Of a stretch of DNA of 64,000 nt, positions 1-12,779 are shown piece after piece. Made by a program: the position numbers and the translations under genes. How positions within the stretch are numbered: position 1 is the stretch's first letter; each line of letters opens with the position of its first letter. The stretch is from Tubulanus polymorphus (Eukaryota; Animalia; Nemertea). The notes beneath the pieces were generated by a model, which searched no databases, had not been told where the DNA came from, and saw nothing but the letters and a program-made list of their open reading frames with translations. The stretch is taken from positions 7,228,914-7,292,913 of the forward strand of contig NC_134034.1 of NCBI RefSeq assembly GCF_964204645.1, read 5' to 3'.

Positions 1-749
1 TTCGTACTATTTTCGACGTATATCGGACTTGGGCCAAAAGCCTTAATAGGACCAGCAGAAATGACTTGCGGTCGACCTATCTATATACAGGCTAAATCAT
101 CATTTTTTAATGGCAGTGGATATTTTACAGCTGAGTATTTGTTGACGCTATTGCACTTTCGTACCCCCTCCCAAAAATTTTTATTTCTGTATATTATTAA
201 TCAGGGAGGTCTTAAGAGTCAAAATAAATTACTTTTGACAAAATTATAATTTTTTCCAAGTCAAAATTCTGATAATTTGGGGGCCAATTTCCTCGATTCA
301 AACCGAAGGGTCGGCCATGTTTCCGCACTAATTACCACCTAGAAACATCTGATTAAAATTGAAAATTAATAATTAAAAACAAGCAAGTACCCCTTAAAAA
401 CCTCCTGGAACAATTGAACCCTGATATTGTCATAGGCACTGAAACGTGGACGGACGCAACTATAACTGATAATCAAATCTTCCCAGATACATATAAATTG
501 TATAGAAAAGATCGGACGCACAAGGGAGGAGGCGGTGTACTCATAGCTGTCAAGAGAAATTTAGAACAGGCACCTGTACCAAAGCTCTCTACAAACTGTG
601 AAATGGTCTGGTGTAAGATCACTACAAAGAGAATACGACACCTTTACATCGGTTCATACTATAACCCAATCACCAGTGATAGTGAGTCATGAGGAGAGAA
701 TCCCACAATGATAATAAAAAGTCCGAAAATGAAACTTCGAGATAGTAGT

Positions 750-796
750 TTATTTCAACGTTTCGACTATATCCTAATAGTCATCTTCAGGAATAA
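750..796 (-). ncRNA. Minimal hammerhead ribozyme motif (pLTR copy 1)
   Basis: Minus strand TTATTC-CTGAAGA-TGACTAT tagg ATATAGTC-GAAAC-GTTGAAATAA: CUGANGA core, stem II and GAAA. Confidence 0.75.
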
Positions 797-1458
797 TGAG
801 ATACTACAGAAATTATGAGATATATATACAATCCAGAGACAAAGAGACTAATTCAAATAATCAGAGATGATACAAACTAAAGGAAAATTAACGTAGAAAC
901 AGTTACACGCTAAAATGGATTAAAGGGAAGCAAACTAAGGGGTGATTATAAACAACAATAGTGAGTATAAATATAAATGAAACTTAAAGTCAGTAGTAAA
1001 AAGAAAGACAAACTAGGGGGCACTTAAATTAAAACAAAGGTGAATACAAGTTAAGTCAGAGACGAAATTGATGAGAGAACAAATAACAAATAATCAAAGG
1101 GGAAATCAAGTGTTGAGTTTAACCAAAGACAAATTTACTATGTTTTCGGTGTTGCTAAATCTAGTCCAAGGGCTGGAATCAATGAGTTTATTCAGTTGGT
1201 TGGTAAGATCCACGGACTTTCTGTGCTGATGACAATTGTTGAATTCAAAAAAGGAGTCCGTCGTACAAATAGAGATAAGGTCGATGATACAATCCGTAGG
1301 AATGCCGAAGTTAATGTTAAGTGATGGTAATCTGCGTTTTAAGAAATCAAGAGTAGGTCCAAGAGGAACATTGGTAAAAAGGGAAGTAACATCAAATGAT
1401 ATAAATTTGTCGCCATATTAACCAATCTCTCAAAAAACTTGCCTACCCCGATTTCCTA

Positions 1459-2076
1459 TTGAAAAAAGCTCTACTTAAAGCTCGTACTACGCATTTTAGA
1501 AATAACAACCTTAGAACTCCTACGTTGGCTACCGATAAACAGCCTATCATTGTACCGTATGTACCTTTCCTCGAGAATTCTAAAGTTTCTCTTCGGTCAC
1601 TAAATAAAAAACTTATCTTTAAATACAATAATAAACTTAGTAACATATTGATTAACAACAAACCGAAAACCGAATCCCTAAACTGTGGAATTTATAAAAT
1701 ACCTTGTAAAGTTTGCGACAAAGTATATATAGGAGAAACAGGTCGGAATCTTAATCAACGCATAAAAGAGCATAAATTAGATGTAAAAAACTTTAAACCT
1801 GAAAGCGGAGTTGCTAGTCATGTTTTTCAGACTTCACACAATTTTGATTTTGCTAATGCTGAATTAATTTACCCTTGCAGCGATAAAACTAGAAGACATA
1901 TTTTGGAATCTGCATTAATTATTGAAAATTCGAACAACGTTGTAAACCTTAACAATGGTTTTTCACCCCATAATAAACTTATATCAAATTCCTCTGTAAA
2001 CTGGTTAAACTCAACACTTGATTTCCCCTTTGATTATTTGTTATTTGTTCTCTCATCAATTTCGTCTTTGACTTAA
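1459..2076 (+). pseudogene. Penelope ORF C-terminus with GIY-YIG endonuclease
   Basis: GIYKIPCKVCDKVYIGETGRNLNQRIKEHK ... LESALI ... LN motifs. Confidence 0.9.
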
Positions 2077-2330
2077 CTTGTATTCACCTTTGTTTTAATT
2101 TAAGTGCCCCCTAGTTTGTCTTTCTTTTTACTACTGACTTTAAGTTTCATTTATATTTATACTCACTATTGTTGTTTATAATCACTCCTTAGTTTGCTTC
2201 CCTTTAATCTATTTTAGCGTGTAACTGTTTCTACGTTAATTTTCCTTTAGTTTGTATCATCTCTGATTATTTGAATTAGTCTCTTTGTCTCTGGATTGTA
2301 TATATATCTCATAATTTCTGTAGTATCTCA

Positions 2331-2377
2331 TTATTCCTGAAGATGACTATAAGGATATAGTCGAAAAGTTGAAATAA
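2331..2377 (+). ncRNA. Minimal hammerhead ribozyme motif (pLTR copy 2, mutated)
   Basis: Same motif as 750-796 but GAAAC changed to GAAAA and a loop substitution. Confidence 0.65.
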
Positions 2378-4967
2378 ACTACTATCTCGAAGTTTCATTT
2401 TCGGACTTTTTATTATCATTGTGGGATTCTCTCCTCATCGCGTCAACACGGATATTGTGTTCTACCTATCGTGATAGTGAGTCATATATGGAACTTAGGC
2501 GTAGTCTACAGAAAGCAACCACATCCACGAATAACGCAGTCCTACTGATCGGAGGTGATTTCAACCTACCTGGTTGGGATTGGAAACAGAGAAAGATTAA
2601 ACCCGCGACAAAAAATATCCAAAATCACACAGACTTCCTTGATACCCTAGACGATAATGGCCTCACGCAATTGGTAGAAGAACAAACAAGAGGTGAGAAT
2701 ACTTTAGATCTTCTGATTACAAATGACCCAAATCTCTTTCTGAGAACCAAAACATTTCCTGGAATCTCGGACCATGATGTTGTGTTCTGCGAAATTGACA
2801 TCCAACCAAATTTTGTAAAACAGACCCCACGGAAAATTCTACTCTATGACAAGGCAAACTGGGCTTCCATTAAACAGGATATGAAGAAAACCTACAAAGA
2901 TGTCCAAAATCTATATACAAAAAACAAATCAGCAGAATCTATGTGGTCCACCTTCAAGACTCAGATTGAAAACAGTATCAAGATGAATATCCCAACCAAA
3001 AATGCCAAGAAAAGAGATGGACTGCCTTGGATCGACCAAAATCTACGTAGGCTTATCAAGAAAAGAAATCGACTACACAGAAAACTTAAAAAATCTGGTC
3101 ATCACACTCATAGACAACAATATAAGGAGTTGAAAAAAATTGTAGGCCTACAGAAAGAACTCAGACGCGCCCATTGGAAACACATAGAGAATATTGTCAC
3201 CCCAAGCACCAATGACGACTCTGGCCAATTTGGAGGACTTAAACGCTTTTGGACCTATGTCAAACACCGCAGGTCAACGGGATCAAACATTTCCCCACTT
3301 AGAAATAATGGCAATCTGTACAACACAGCCAAGGATAAAGCCAACATCCTCAACCAACAATTCAAGTCTGCCTTCACAAAACAAAGTTGCATGACTAAAG
3401 AGGAAATCCAAGCCAAAGTTAAAATGGATAGAATCTATCCAAAAATGGGGGATATAAACATACAAACTCGAGGAGTGGAGCAGTTGTTAAAAAATTTAAA
3501 ACCAGGGAAAGCAGCTGGACCAGATAACATCAAACCTCGGATCCTGAAAGAACTTGCCACAGATGTAGCCCCCATTCTCACATTAATATATCAAAGATCC
3601 TACAATAACTCGGAAGTACCGGAGGACTGGCGGAATGCAAATGTCACCCCAGTTTATAAAAAAGGTGATAAATTTAATGCAATCAACTATCGCCCGATAT
3701 CATTAACATCTGTTGTAAAATGATGGAACATATCATCACCTCTAACATCATGAACCACGGAAAGCGACAAGGAATCCTCTACCCACTTCAACATGGTTTT
3801 CGTAGAGGCCTCTCCTGTGAAACACAACTGGCAGAATTTATTGATGATGTAACATCCAACATAGACAACAGAAAACAAACGGACTGCATTGTGATTGATT
3901 TCAGTAAAGCCTTCGATAAAGTCAGCCACCAGCTACTCGTACACAAACTTGACCACTATGGGGTCTCCGGCAAAACAAATGCATGGATTGAGGGATTCCT
4001 TTCAGGAAGAAAACAGGCAGTCGTTATTGAAGGAGAGTCATCTGAAACAGTGGATGTTGAATCAGGAGTTCCACAAGGATCGGTTTTAGGCCCAAGTCTA
4101 TTCCACTTCTACATAAATGACATACCGCTGAATATAACATCTAAAATACGACTTTTTGCTGATGACACCATTGCCTACCTAGTTGTCTCTTCACAGAAAC
4201 ACGCAGGAGTGCTGCAACACGACCTCGATCTCCTCACTGAATGGGAAACTAAATGGAACATGGAATTCAACACAGACAAGTGCCATGTCCTCAGCATCAC
4301 AAGATGACGTCCCTACAAATACACCTATAAGCTCCGAGGTCATATCCTATCACATGTACAGACGGCAAACTACCTAGGTGTAACCATCACCAACAATTTA
4401 AAATGGACACCTCATATTGAAGAACTTTGCAAAAAGGCAAATCGAACGATTGGATTTCTGAAAAGGAATGTTAACATAAACTCGATACATGTGAAGGACA
4501 CAGCTTACAGATCACTGGTTAGACCCATAGTAGAATATGCGAGTAGTGTCTGGGACCCATATCTCCAGACTGACATACACCGATTGGAGATGATCCAACA
4601 TCGAGCTGCAAGATATGTCACAAATCGTCACCACAATAGATCCAGTGTAACAGATATGTTGTCCCACCTACAATGGCAGTCACTACAGGAAAGAAGAAGA
4701 CAGGCCAGACTCACACTATTGTATAAACTCGCCAACGAACAAACTTTGGTTGATACGAGCATACGCCTGGTTCCACCTGTCCGTAAAACTAGAGAATCGC
4801 ACTCGAAAGCTTTCCAAGTCAAGTTCTCCCGTACTGAAATCAAACGACAATCCTTCTATACCAGAACAGTTAGGGATTGGAACGCTCTACCTGCAGATAC
4901 TGTGTCAGCGGAGAGTATCGAAGCCTTTAAGACTCTTCTCTCCCACACCGCTTAGCTTAAAAACTCT

Positions 4968-4984
4968 TATTATTATTATTATTA

Positions 4985-5022
<38 letters not shown>

Positions 5023-5023
5023 T
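4968..5023. repeat. (ATT)n microsatellite in the LINE 3' UTR
   Basis: Direct ATT run. Confidence 0.95.
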
Positions 5024-6265
5024 AATACTACATTTATTAGTAATGTCTGTATATATTTATTTGCGCATACCTATACACTGTGTTTCATCAACCAGTTGAT
5101 GTTGACAGATATCGGAAGAAGAAGAAGAATCTGATTAAATATATCTCAATAAATTTAATTGTATTGAATTGATAAAATTTCTTTTCTTGGCGTATTACTT
5201 TTCTTCATCAGAACATCTTTAAATAAATAGCTAAGTATGAAAATAATGCAAACTTATGTCACTTTCAGAGATGGTTGTGTTTAAAAACATGGGTTTTGCA
5301 AAGTTTTAATGTCATGACATTTCAGTGGAGGGTTAGAAACTTTGATTGACATCCGATATGGCCTTGTTGACGTCGCGAATCGGCGAATTTACACGTGATT
5401 TAGGGCCCAAAATAACAAAATATTAACCTAGAAAAAGTAAGTTTTTTGGGTCAAAAGTTACTGATTTTGCATCCCTAGACCTTCCTGATAATGAATATGC
5501 TGAAATAAAAATTTTTGGGAGGGGGGTACGAAAGTGCAATAGCGCCGTATTTGTTTCCGCTATTTTACCTTACATCGTCACTGATTGGCTAATTTACGCC
5601 GCCCTGGCGCACAGAGGTGCGCGACTTAGAAAATTCAAGGAAAGTGTGGGGAACGGAGTTAGAGAAATTAGCGCGGACAGAGCGAGACTCGAACCCGGGC
5701 CAGTAAATTACTAGCACAGCTTCATACCACAAAAGTCTATTTATTTTTGATTTCCCACGATCTTTTTGGGATATTTCGCTTTATTTTGGGTGTGCATACA
5801 TAGGCCTAGGTCTTAATCGAATCAGCCCAGTTGTGCAGTCCATATATATCATCGATTTTATGTCCATTTTACACTGTTAAGAAGGATTAATGAATATTCT
5901 CGAGCTTTAAATCGGCGAGAAAGACCGCCATTTTGTTCGTTTTTGCTTATATCTTTATGCAAATGAGGCATTGCACACATGCGCAATGAGGCGGGGATCT
6001 GCATAAATTATATCATGAAGCAGCTGCTTGTCGCCAAGAGACCAATCAACGACTCACAATATTACCCTAGAAAGCTGTTTTAGTAAATAAACATGGCTTT
6101 CAAAAGAATGCGGTTTGGAAATGATTTAGGCCTATGGCCTATGATAGCGCAACCATTGCGGCCGTGGCCACGTAGTGAAACATGTGCGAGCAATGTACTC
6201 TCCCCATAAAAAATAAACTTAAGATGGCCGAATGGCAGCCATTGTTGTTCGCCAAAATCAGCACT

Positions 6266-7183
6266 TTTTAGCCCACTTGGGACTTTAGTCCCAGCGGGCT
6301 ATTGCGTTCACTTTTCTTCCGTCCGTCCGTCCGTAGACGGAATCCAGTTATTTTGGAAGTTTTGAAGACGCTTCAATGTAATGTCTAGATATTTGGGTTA
6401 CACATGTATCTACCCTAGGCACATCTTCAGCCCAAAAACTGGCCCTGTCAGGATCAAGATGTCCGACTGGCAGCCATTGTTGTTCGCCAAAATCAACACT
6501 TTTTACACATTTTTGAACTTTTTGAGGGAAATTTTGCAGATCAATTTGCTTTGATCAATTACCTTGATCTTTCGGATGTATGTGAATCCCCCCAGGGCCC
6601 ATCAGCATGACAAAAATTGGGTCGATCGGACTCAAGTTGGCCGTCCTATGACCTTTTTAGTGCCCAAAAATGTCAATTTTGGCCAGAATTCTAGGTCCTG
6701 TAGCTTCCTACTGGTTTGCCATTTCTCATTGCAATTTGTGATGGGTATTCTTTGAAAAGGGATGTTTTTACCTGAGACAGGTATTTTTGATCAGCCAATG
6801 ACGCAATTAGCGGCCATCTTGGTGTCATCAGTACTCATTCGTAGGTGGGAAAAAGTTTTTCCACATTAAATTGATACCTAAGCATATTGTGTTTCTATAT
6901 TCAATTGGAAAGTTGTAGCCCATAACGTTTTCTATGATTTTGGTGAGTTTCAAGGTCATTGGTTTTTGTATGTGGCCACCAGGGGGCGTTGAATAATACA
7001 ATAACTTAGTATTTCTATATTATATTTGTACATATGCATATTTTGTTACCACAATCAATTGCAAAGTTGTAGCTCATGACATCTTCCATGATTTTTGTGA
7101 GATTTAAGGACATTAGATATTCTATATGGTCACCAGGGGGCATTGAATAGTAGAATAACTTTGTATTTCCTTATTAGATTGGT
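6266..7183 (+). mobile_element. HINE/Helentron-like non-autonomous repeat, family A, copy 1
   Basis: T-rich start, TAGCCC...GGGCTA hairpin, (TCCG)n microsatellite, internal ~155-bp tandem units; related copies at 8697, 11363 and 54260. Confidence 0.65.
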
Positions 7184-7717
7184 ACCCAGGAAGAAAGTCA
7201 CTCTAAATATTTGGATGGATATATAAAAGCTGTGGGTACTGGAGTGTGTAATGGGTAGGGTAGTGTGATCTGTGTACATTTGTGGCCAGCACACAGATCA
7301 CATTGTTCAATGGGGTTTGGTTCAGGACTCTAGAGATTTTCAACACCACGAAAGTAACGTGTAATAAATGATGACTTGAATTGCATGACTACCTACCACT
7401 CCTCATTATTGTTTGAAAAGTAAACGTTCCGCACTGACTAAAAATTAGTAATAACATTTTAGAAATGGCCAGAATTTTAACTTAGGTTCTATCTCATTTT
7501 TATTTTACAATTGCGATTGGTATAATTTTTTTTTAAACGGCCGTTAAGGCTTCATGTTTCGTCTGTAATTCACTGCAAATAGTTACGCAACTACGCACAT
7601 TTCAGTGTTTTTGGCAGCTGTACACTCAATCGGCACCGTTTGTGACTAGCTTCACTGCGGAATTATCATTAATTAACATCGCCATATCACATCATCAACT
7701 TATATTGTGCCTTAAAA
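7184..7717 (-). repeat. Interspersed repeat B, copy 1 (unclassified)
   Basis: Highly similar reverse complement at 51365-51900. Confidence 0.85.
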
Positions 7718-7759
7718 GGCGCAACCGCGTGACACGTGGTTTCCATACCCCCTTCTACA

Positions 7760-7938
7760 TGCAAAATGTATGATATATTACTTTCCAACCTTGTTAGACA
7801 TTGTAGGCCGTCTGGTGTCGCCATTTGCTGATAGGAAAATGAGTTAGAATGCTTCACTGAAATCAATACTTGACTATTCTATTCACTATAGCTGGTTTAT
7901 TCAAATCGGTCGCTAGCGACCGATTGCCAGTTAAAGGG
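7760..7938 (-). mobile_element. piggyBac-like terminal fragment
   Basis: TTAA (7939-7942) followed on the minus strand by CCCTTTAACTGG and the palindrome AATCGGTCGCTAGCGACCGATT; it truncates the gag remnant. The other end was not found. Confidence 0.4.
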
Positions 7939-7942
7939 TTAA

Positions 7943-8420
7943 GGCAAGAACGGATTTGTTCCCGTCGTATAAGCGATATGTCTCTAGAGGCATGGCCTAA
8001 TATAGCCGTAGCGTCAGCCAATTTCCTGATTATTTCATTGTTATCCGATTTTCGCCCCTCTTTCGAGTTCAATATAGAATCGGTGACCTGGAGTATTCCG
8101 TATGTGGCCTTAAGCACACATTTTTGAACATTTATGAAAGTTTCAGGTCTTTGCCCTTAAAACCTCTAGGCATTTTTCTCCAGATTTCTTGGTTTACTTT
8201 TGGGGTAGTAAGGTTCTCGCAATTATACGGCCTGTTATAGTACTTCAATTTCTCTTTTAAGAGATCAAAATTTAGTGCTTTCGTTAAGCATTTAGTAGCA
8301 ATTTCTGCTAATTTTGCTGAGATATTTGGCCCTATGGGCTCGTCATCATATTCATCATCTATGGTTGACAATATCTGCTCACAGCCATCATCGGGCGCTT
8401 CGTCCCCTCCTTTTCTTCGT
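7943..8420 (-). pseudogene. gag-like ORF1 remnant of a tyrosine-recombinase (DIRS/Ngaro-type) retrotransposon
   Basis: RPYNCENLTTPKVNQEIW...KDLKL and ADATAILGHASRDISLIRREQIR match my recollection of this ORF1 family; internal stop present. Confidence 0.65.
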
Positions 8421-8696
8421 TGGAGTTTATTAATATGGCAGCATCGTCTGCCTCATAGTCGCTACCTCACAGGTGCTCGCGTACTAATACATTCGTAAGT
8501 AGTTCATAGATGCTGGGCAGTTCGTGGTTTACGCTGACAAGGAGAGTATCTTATGTATTTTAGCCTTCAGCAGCTGAGCTATACAAATTTGGGCGATTTG
8601 TTGTAACCCCCTTGACCCCTTACGCTACCGGCCTGGTCAGGGGTGCGCCTCTTTCATATACCGGGTACTGTTAAACATTTATCATCTAGCAGTCAG

Positions 8697-9690
8697 TTTT
8701 TAGCCCACTTGGGACTTTAGTCCCAGCGGCCTATTGCGTTCACTTTTTGTCCGTCCTCCGTCCGTCCGTAAACGGAATCCAGTTATTTTGGGAAGTTTTG
8801 AAGATCTTTCGAGGTAATGTCTTGATATTTGGTTTATACATGTATCTACCCTAGACACATCTTCAGCCCAAAAACTGGCCCTGTCAGAATCAAGATGGCG
8901 GACTAGCAGCCATTGTTGTTCGTCAAAATCAGCACTTTTTACGCTTTTTGAACTTTTCGAGCAAAATTTTTAGGACGCTTAAATCAATTACCTTGATCTT
9001 TTGTATATATTTGAATCCCCCAAGGGCCCATCACCGTAAGAAAAATTGGGACTCAAGATGGCCGTTCTATGACCTTTTTAGTGCCCAAAAATGTCAATTT
9101 TGGCCCATATTCTGAGTCCTGTAGCTTCCTACTGGTGTGCCATTTCTCATTGCAATTTGTGAAGGGGATTCTTTGGAAAGAGATGTTTTATACCTGAGCC
9201 AGGTATTTTTGATTGGCCAATTATGACGCGATTGGCGGCCATCTTGGTATCATCAGTATTCATTCGTAGGTGGGAAAAAGTTTTTCCACATTATATTGAT
9301 ATGAAGCATATTTTGTCACCACAATCAATTGCAAAGTTGTAGCTCATGACATTTTCTATGATTGTGATGAGTTTTAAGGGCATTAGTTATTCAATATGGT
9401 CACCAGGGGGCGTTGAATAGTAGAATAACTTAGTATTTCCTTATTAGATTGGTACCTAGGCATATTTTGTTACCGTGATCAATTGCAAAGTTGTAGTTTA
9501 TGACAAGTTCTATTACTGTGGTGAGTTTCAAGGTCTTTGGGTTTTGCATATGGTCACCAGGGGGCATTGAATAGTAGAATTACTTAGTGTTTCCATAGTA
9601 AATTGATAACAAAGCATATTTTGTTATCACAATCAATTACAAAATCGTAGCTGCTGACATTTTGGTATATGGTCACCAGGGGGTGTTGAA
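8697..9690 (+). mobile_element. HINE-like repeat family A, copy 2
   Basis: Colinear with 6266-7183; tandem units start near 9303, 9460 and 9612. Confidence 0.7.
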
Positions 9691-9701
9691 TATCCGATTT
9701 T

Positions 9702-9845
9702 TTAATCTTCATTAATTTATTCATTCTTTATGACATCTCCCTCCAAAATCGGAAGAATTGTATCCTTAGAAGCTTTTGATCATGATTTTTAATGACTTTG
9801 CAAAACCACCTGTCGCAGTATATTTCCTTTTAAAAATATACCTTG
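9702..9845 (+). repeat. Fragment shared with the HINE-like element at 57040-59183
   Basis: About 145 bp similar to 58966-59111. Confidence 0.8.
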
Positions 9846-11362
9846 CTCAGTTTTAATATCTATTAAAACTTAAAAATTCTGAATTGAATTGAAGACTGGT
9901 TCCCTGTCTCTTCAAAGAGCCAGGGGGCGGTAGTCTAAGGTGGCAATAAACTTTATCGGATGATCGTAATTTTGAAGGAAATGCAAATTATTCTTGCTTA
10001 ATGTCTTTATTATTTTAAAAAGAAAAATCGTGGCTCCTATCTAATTTCATGTTCGCTTCTCTTCACCTGAAGTCTCTCAAGTTAGTCACGTTTTTTCTTG
10101 CAGCTGTAAATTTTCTATGCAAAATCATTTCAACACAATCCGATAAGTAATCTAGCAATTATCAACATAATGATAGATTCCGTTAAGACACTACAATATT
10201 CAAATAACCAAAAGCTTGCACGAACCTGGTCCACGTCTACAATAAAACCATTCCGATTCCCAGTCAACATGTGTAACATTTCATGTAACGATGTAAGACA
10301 ACACCGATCTCTTAGCTCTTTATTAAGTAATCAGTTCAAAGTTTGATTAATTCTACTACAGAAATACAAAACCACCAAGCAAGCTTTCAGTACAACCATG
10401 TCAGCAAGCCCATTTTTAAGAATTTCTTTCTTGTTTCATGTAGTGTGATGTGTGGGGAAGCTAAGATGGGCTTGTGTTTTCATGTAAGGATATATTAACA
10501 GAAAATGAACATTATCGCCACGTAGCCACGTAGCCTATACCATGTTAACTATTTTAAAACTTGTTACATCGTTCCAATGTAAATCTTTCTGTAAAACTTT
10601 GAATACTGAATCATTCTTCTTCTACTGTGTCATGAAGGTATTAGGCCCGTGGGCCTCTTGTTTCTGTCTTTGTCAGTAGGCCAAAGTCAGATTCTTAAGA
10701 CACTTCGAAGTATCCACATATGCGCGTTTGTCAAAGGGGCATCCTCTGGGTGCCCTTCGCCTGTCTAATATGTATTATATGTAATAGATGAAATCTAAGT
10801 GACAGACGCCTCGTCACAGCTTAAAGGGTAACTGACACTTTCTTTAAAATTTTCTACTTTTTACATTAAACAATAGATAATGGTATACAATAAGGCTATG
10901 TGATTTCATAGTTGGAAAAATCTTTTCAATCTAGTCAGAATTCATGATTTAGATGTTCGGGCACCTGTTCGGTGTATACATTGCTTCTGCTGAAGGCGTG
11001 GTACTGTGTTTAGAATCCATAGGGAAACTATTGTTCTGAATTCAACCAAAGTTTGATTGAAATCTGTTGACAATTCCCAAAGATATACAACTTTTACTAA
11101 TATTTTCAATTGTTTCTGAACTAAGAAATTGATCATTTGGTCACCATTTGATCTTAAATGACCTTCAGTTCATTTTCTAATGAAGACTATGGCTGAGTAG
11201 TGTGATTTTCAGCGAACAAATGCCTTCAAAATTTTGTACGGCTTGGTGGATTTTAGTTCTGTAAATTGCTACGATCTTATATTTAATCCTTCTTTCATTT
11301 AGATCTTTTAAATTGTTTCTATCGTGTTTTGAGAATTTCAACTTGAAAACCCTACCACAAAC

Positions 11363-11700
11363 ACTTGGGACTTTAGTCGCATCAATGGATTTTCTTGTTC
11401 TTTGGTTCATAACATATTTTTTCCTTAGATACATCTTCTTCCAACTGGCCCGATCAGAATCAAGATTGCAACCATTGTTGTGTGCCATTGTTGTTTGCTA
11501 AAAGGTGCACCTTTTACATATTTTTGAAGCTTCTTAGAGGTAATTTTGAGAACTCTTTGATCAATTATCTTGATCTTTCGCATGTGTTTGTATCTCCCCA
11601 TGATGCATCAGCATAACGAAAATTGGGTTATTGCATGTGACATGGCTGCCCTTTGACCTTTTTGTGTCCAAAAAGGTAATTTTAGCCCACAATTCCAAGA
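11363..11700 (+). repeat. Degenerate HINE-like family A fragment
   Basis: CACTTGGGACTTTAGTC start and diverged internal blocks. Confidence 0.6.
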
Positions 11701-12247
11701 AATTGGAACAAAATCAGTTGTAAAGAGTAAAATTTTGTCGATATAACGCCTGCCACTTGGAAAATTTGTTAAGAGTGAAGGAACCTGAACGGCCTGCGTG
11801 GACTCAGGCCAGGACACTACTCAAACTATTCAACAATGGAATTGAGAAAATTAACAATTCAACCCAGCCTTCATATTTTTATCAACTGGAATTTATTATT
11901 TTATTATTGATTATCGAAAACAAAAGTTTTTGGAAGATATGTTGAAATGTTTGAAAATCTTAAAAAATGAACATCGTTGTTTCATTTAGTGGATTATATA
12001 TAAAACATTGCAGATCACCTTGTCTATCATGCCACTTGTATGCAAAACGGCGGAGAAAATGGTGGCATCTGACAGAATTTGAGGAGAAATTGATTAATTT
12101 CTCAAAAAATGTTGGTTAGTCGCTCTAAGCCTTCATTATTTTGGGCTTATAAATGAACCTATCCCTCAAATATCTTATTCTTATAGGTCAACTTATGATT
12201 CTGGAAAATTGGTCGAGCTACAAAAAATCTGATCCAAATCAAGGACA

Positions 12248-12346
12248 ATGGCTCAGGATTTAACTGACGATATTTTTGACGACAAATGCCACGATTTAGA
12301 TATAGCCAACAGGAACTGGAAGAAAAACAAGGATACACACACAAAT
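12248..12346 (+). CDS. YAE1: YAE1 homologue, coding exon 1
   Basis: MAQDLTDDIFDDKCHDLDIANRNWKKNKDTHTN fits the acidic DDxFD..W N-terminus; in-frame upstream stop at 12230; donor GTAGGT at 12347; phase 0 joins exon 2. Confidence 0.8.
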
Positions 12347-12779
12347 GTAGGTCTAGTGACTGTTTGATCTCTGCTTGATTTTCAATCCTGTTATGATTTA
12401 GATCTGCAGTCAACCTTTACCCTAGTCTTTTTGTATGTGGTCAACTCGTACCCAGTTTTGAATTTTAATGTAGGGTAATTTCACATAATTTCCGAAGGTC
12501 CCTTAAGTTCAGTACCTTCGGCTGCACAGCATGGAAACTTGATGCCACCTTGACCTTACTAAGTATGCGAATGCGAATCCGGGTCATAATACCTCTGCCC
12601 AAAATACCTCCACCCAAATATCCTACACCCAGAATCCCTCCACCCAGAATACCCTCATATGTGACCAAAATACCTCCCGGCCCTAGATCTAATGGGTTTA
12701 TGCCTGAAGGACAAAAATTAGAACCTTAGAATGAATATTTGGTTCCCCCCCACGTTTGAATTTACAGGGAATTTCCGAT

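Larger units (their letters stand above)
691..2470 (+). mobile_element. Penelope-like element, 5'-truncated, with inverted pseudo-LTRs
   Basis: 15-bp TSD GTGATAGTGAGTCAT at 676-690 and 2471-2485; inverted repeat 689-1125 / 2002-2438; GIY-YIG ORF; inverted RT fragment SFDVTSLFTNVP on the minus strand at 1126-1420. Confidence 0.9.
414..4955 (+). pseudogene. LINE ORF2 (AP endonuclease + reverse transcriptase), disrupted
   Basis: APE motifs GTETW, GDFNLP, SDHD; RT motifs YRPISL, GVPQGSVLGP, FADDT. Interrupted by a Penelope insert (691-2470), a frameshift near 3720 and a stop near 4305. Confidence 0.9.
358..5128 (+). mobile_element. 5'-truncated APE-type non-LTR retrotransposon (LINE; clade uncertain, CR1/L2/RTE-X-like)
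   Basis: 11-bp TSD ATCTGATTAAA at 347-357 and 5129-5139; (GAA)n 3' tail at about 5115-5129; APE and RT motifs inside. Confidence 0.9.
144..5546. mobile_element. Mutator-like (MULE) non-autonomous TIR element, split by a LINE
   Basis: About 95-bp imperfect TIRs (144-240 vs 5452-5546, ends G(A/G)CGCTATTGCACTTTCG); 9-bp TSD GTATTTGTT at 135-143 and 5547-5555. Confidence 0.8.

Noticed and set aside
2419-2485. N-terminus of the 434-aa ORF as a real start
   Set aside because: Chimeric read-through from the Penelope tail into the LINE endonuclease.
4750-5025. ORF with poly-Ile/Leu membrane tail
   Set aside because: It is a translation of the (ATT)n microsatellite.
5675-5705. tRNA gene (B-box-like GGTTCGAGTC on the minus strand)
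   Set aside because: No cloverleaf or convincing A-box; at most a decayed SINE or repeat fragment.
9300-9690. Regularly spaced repeats as a CRISPR array
   Set aside because: Whole ~155-bp units repeat with no unique spacers; no cas genes; eukaryotic context.
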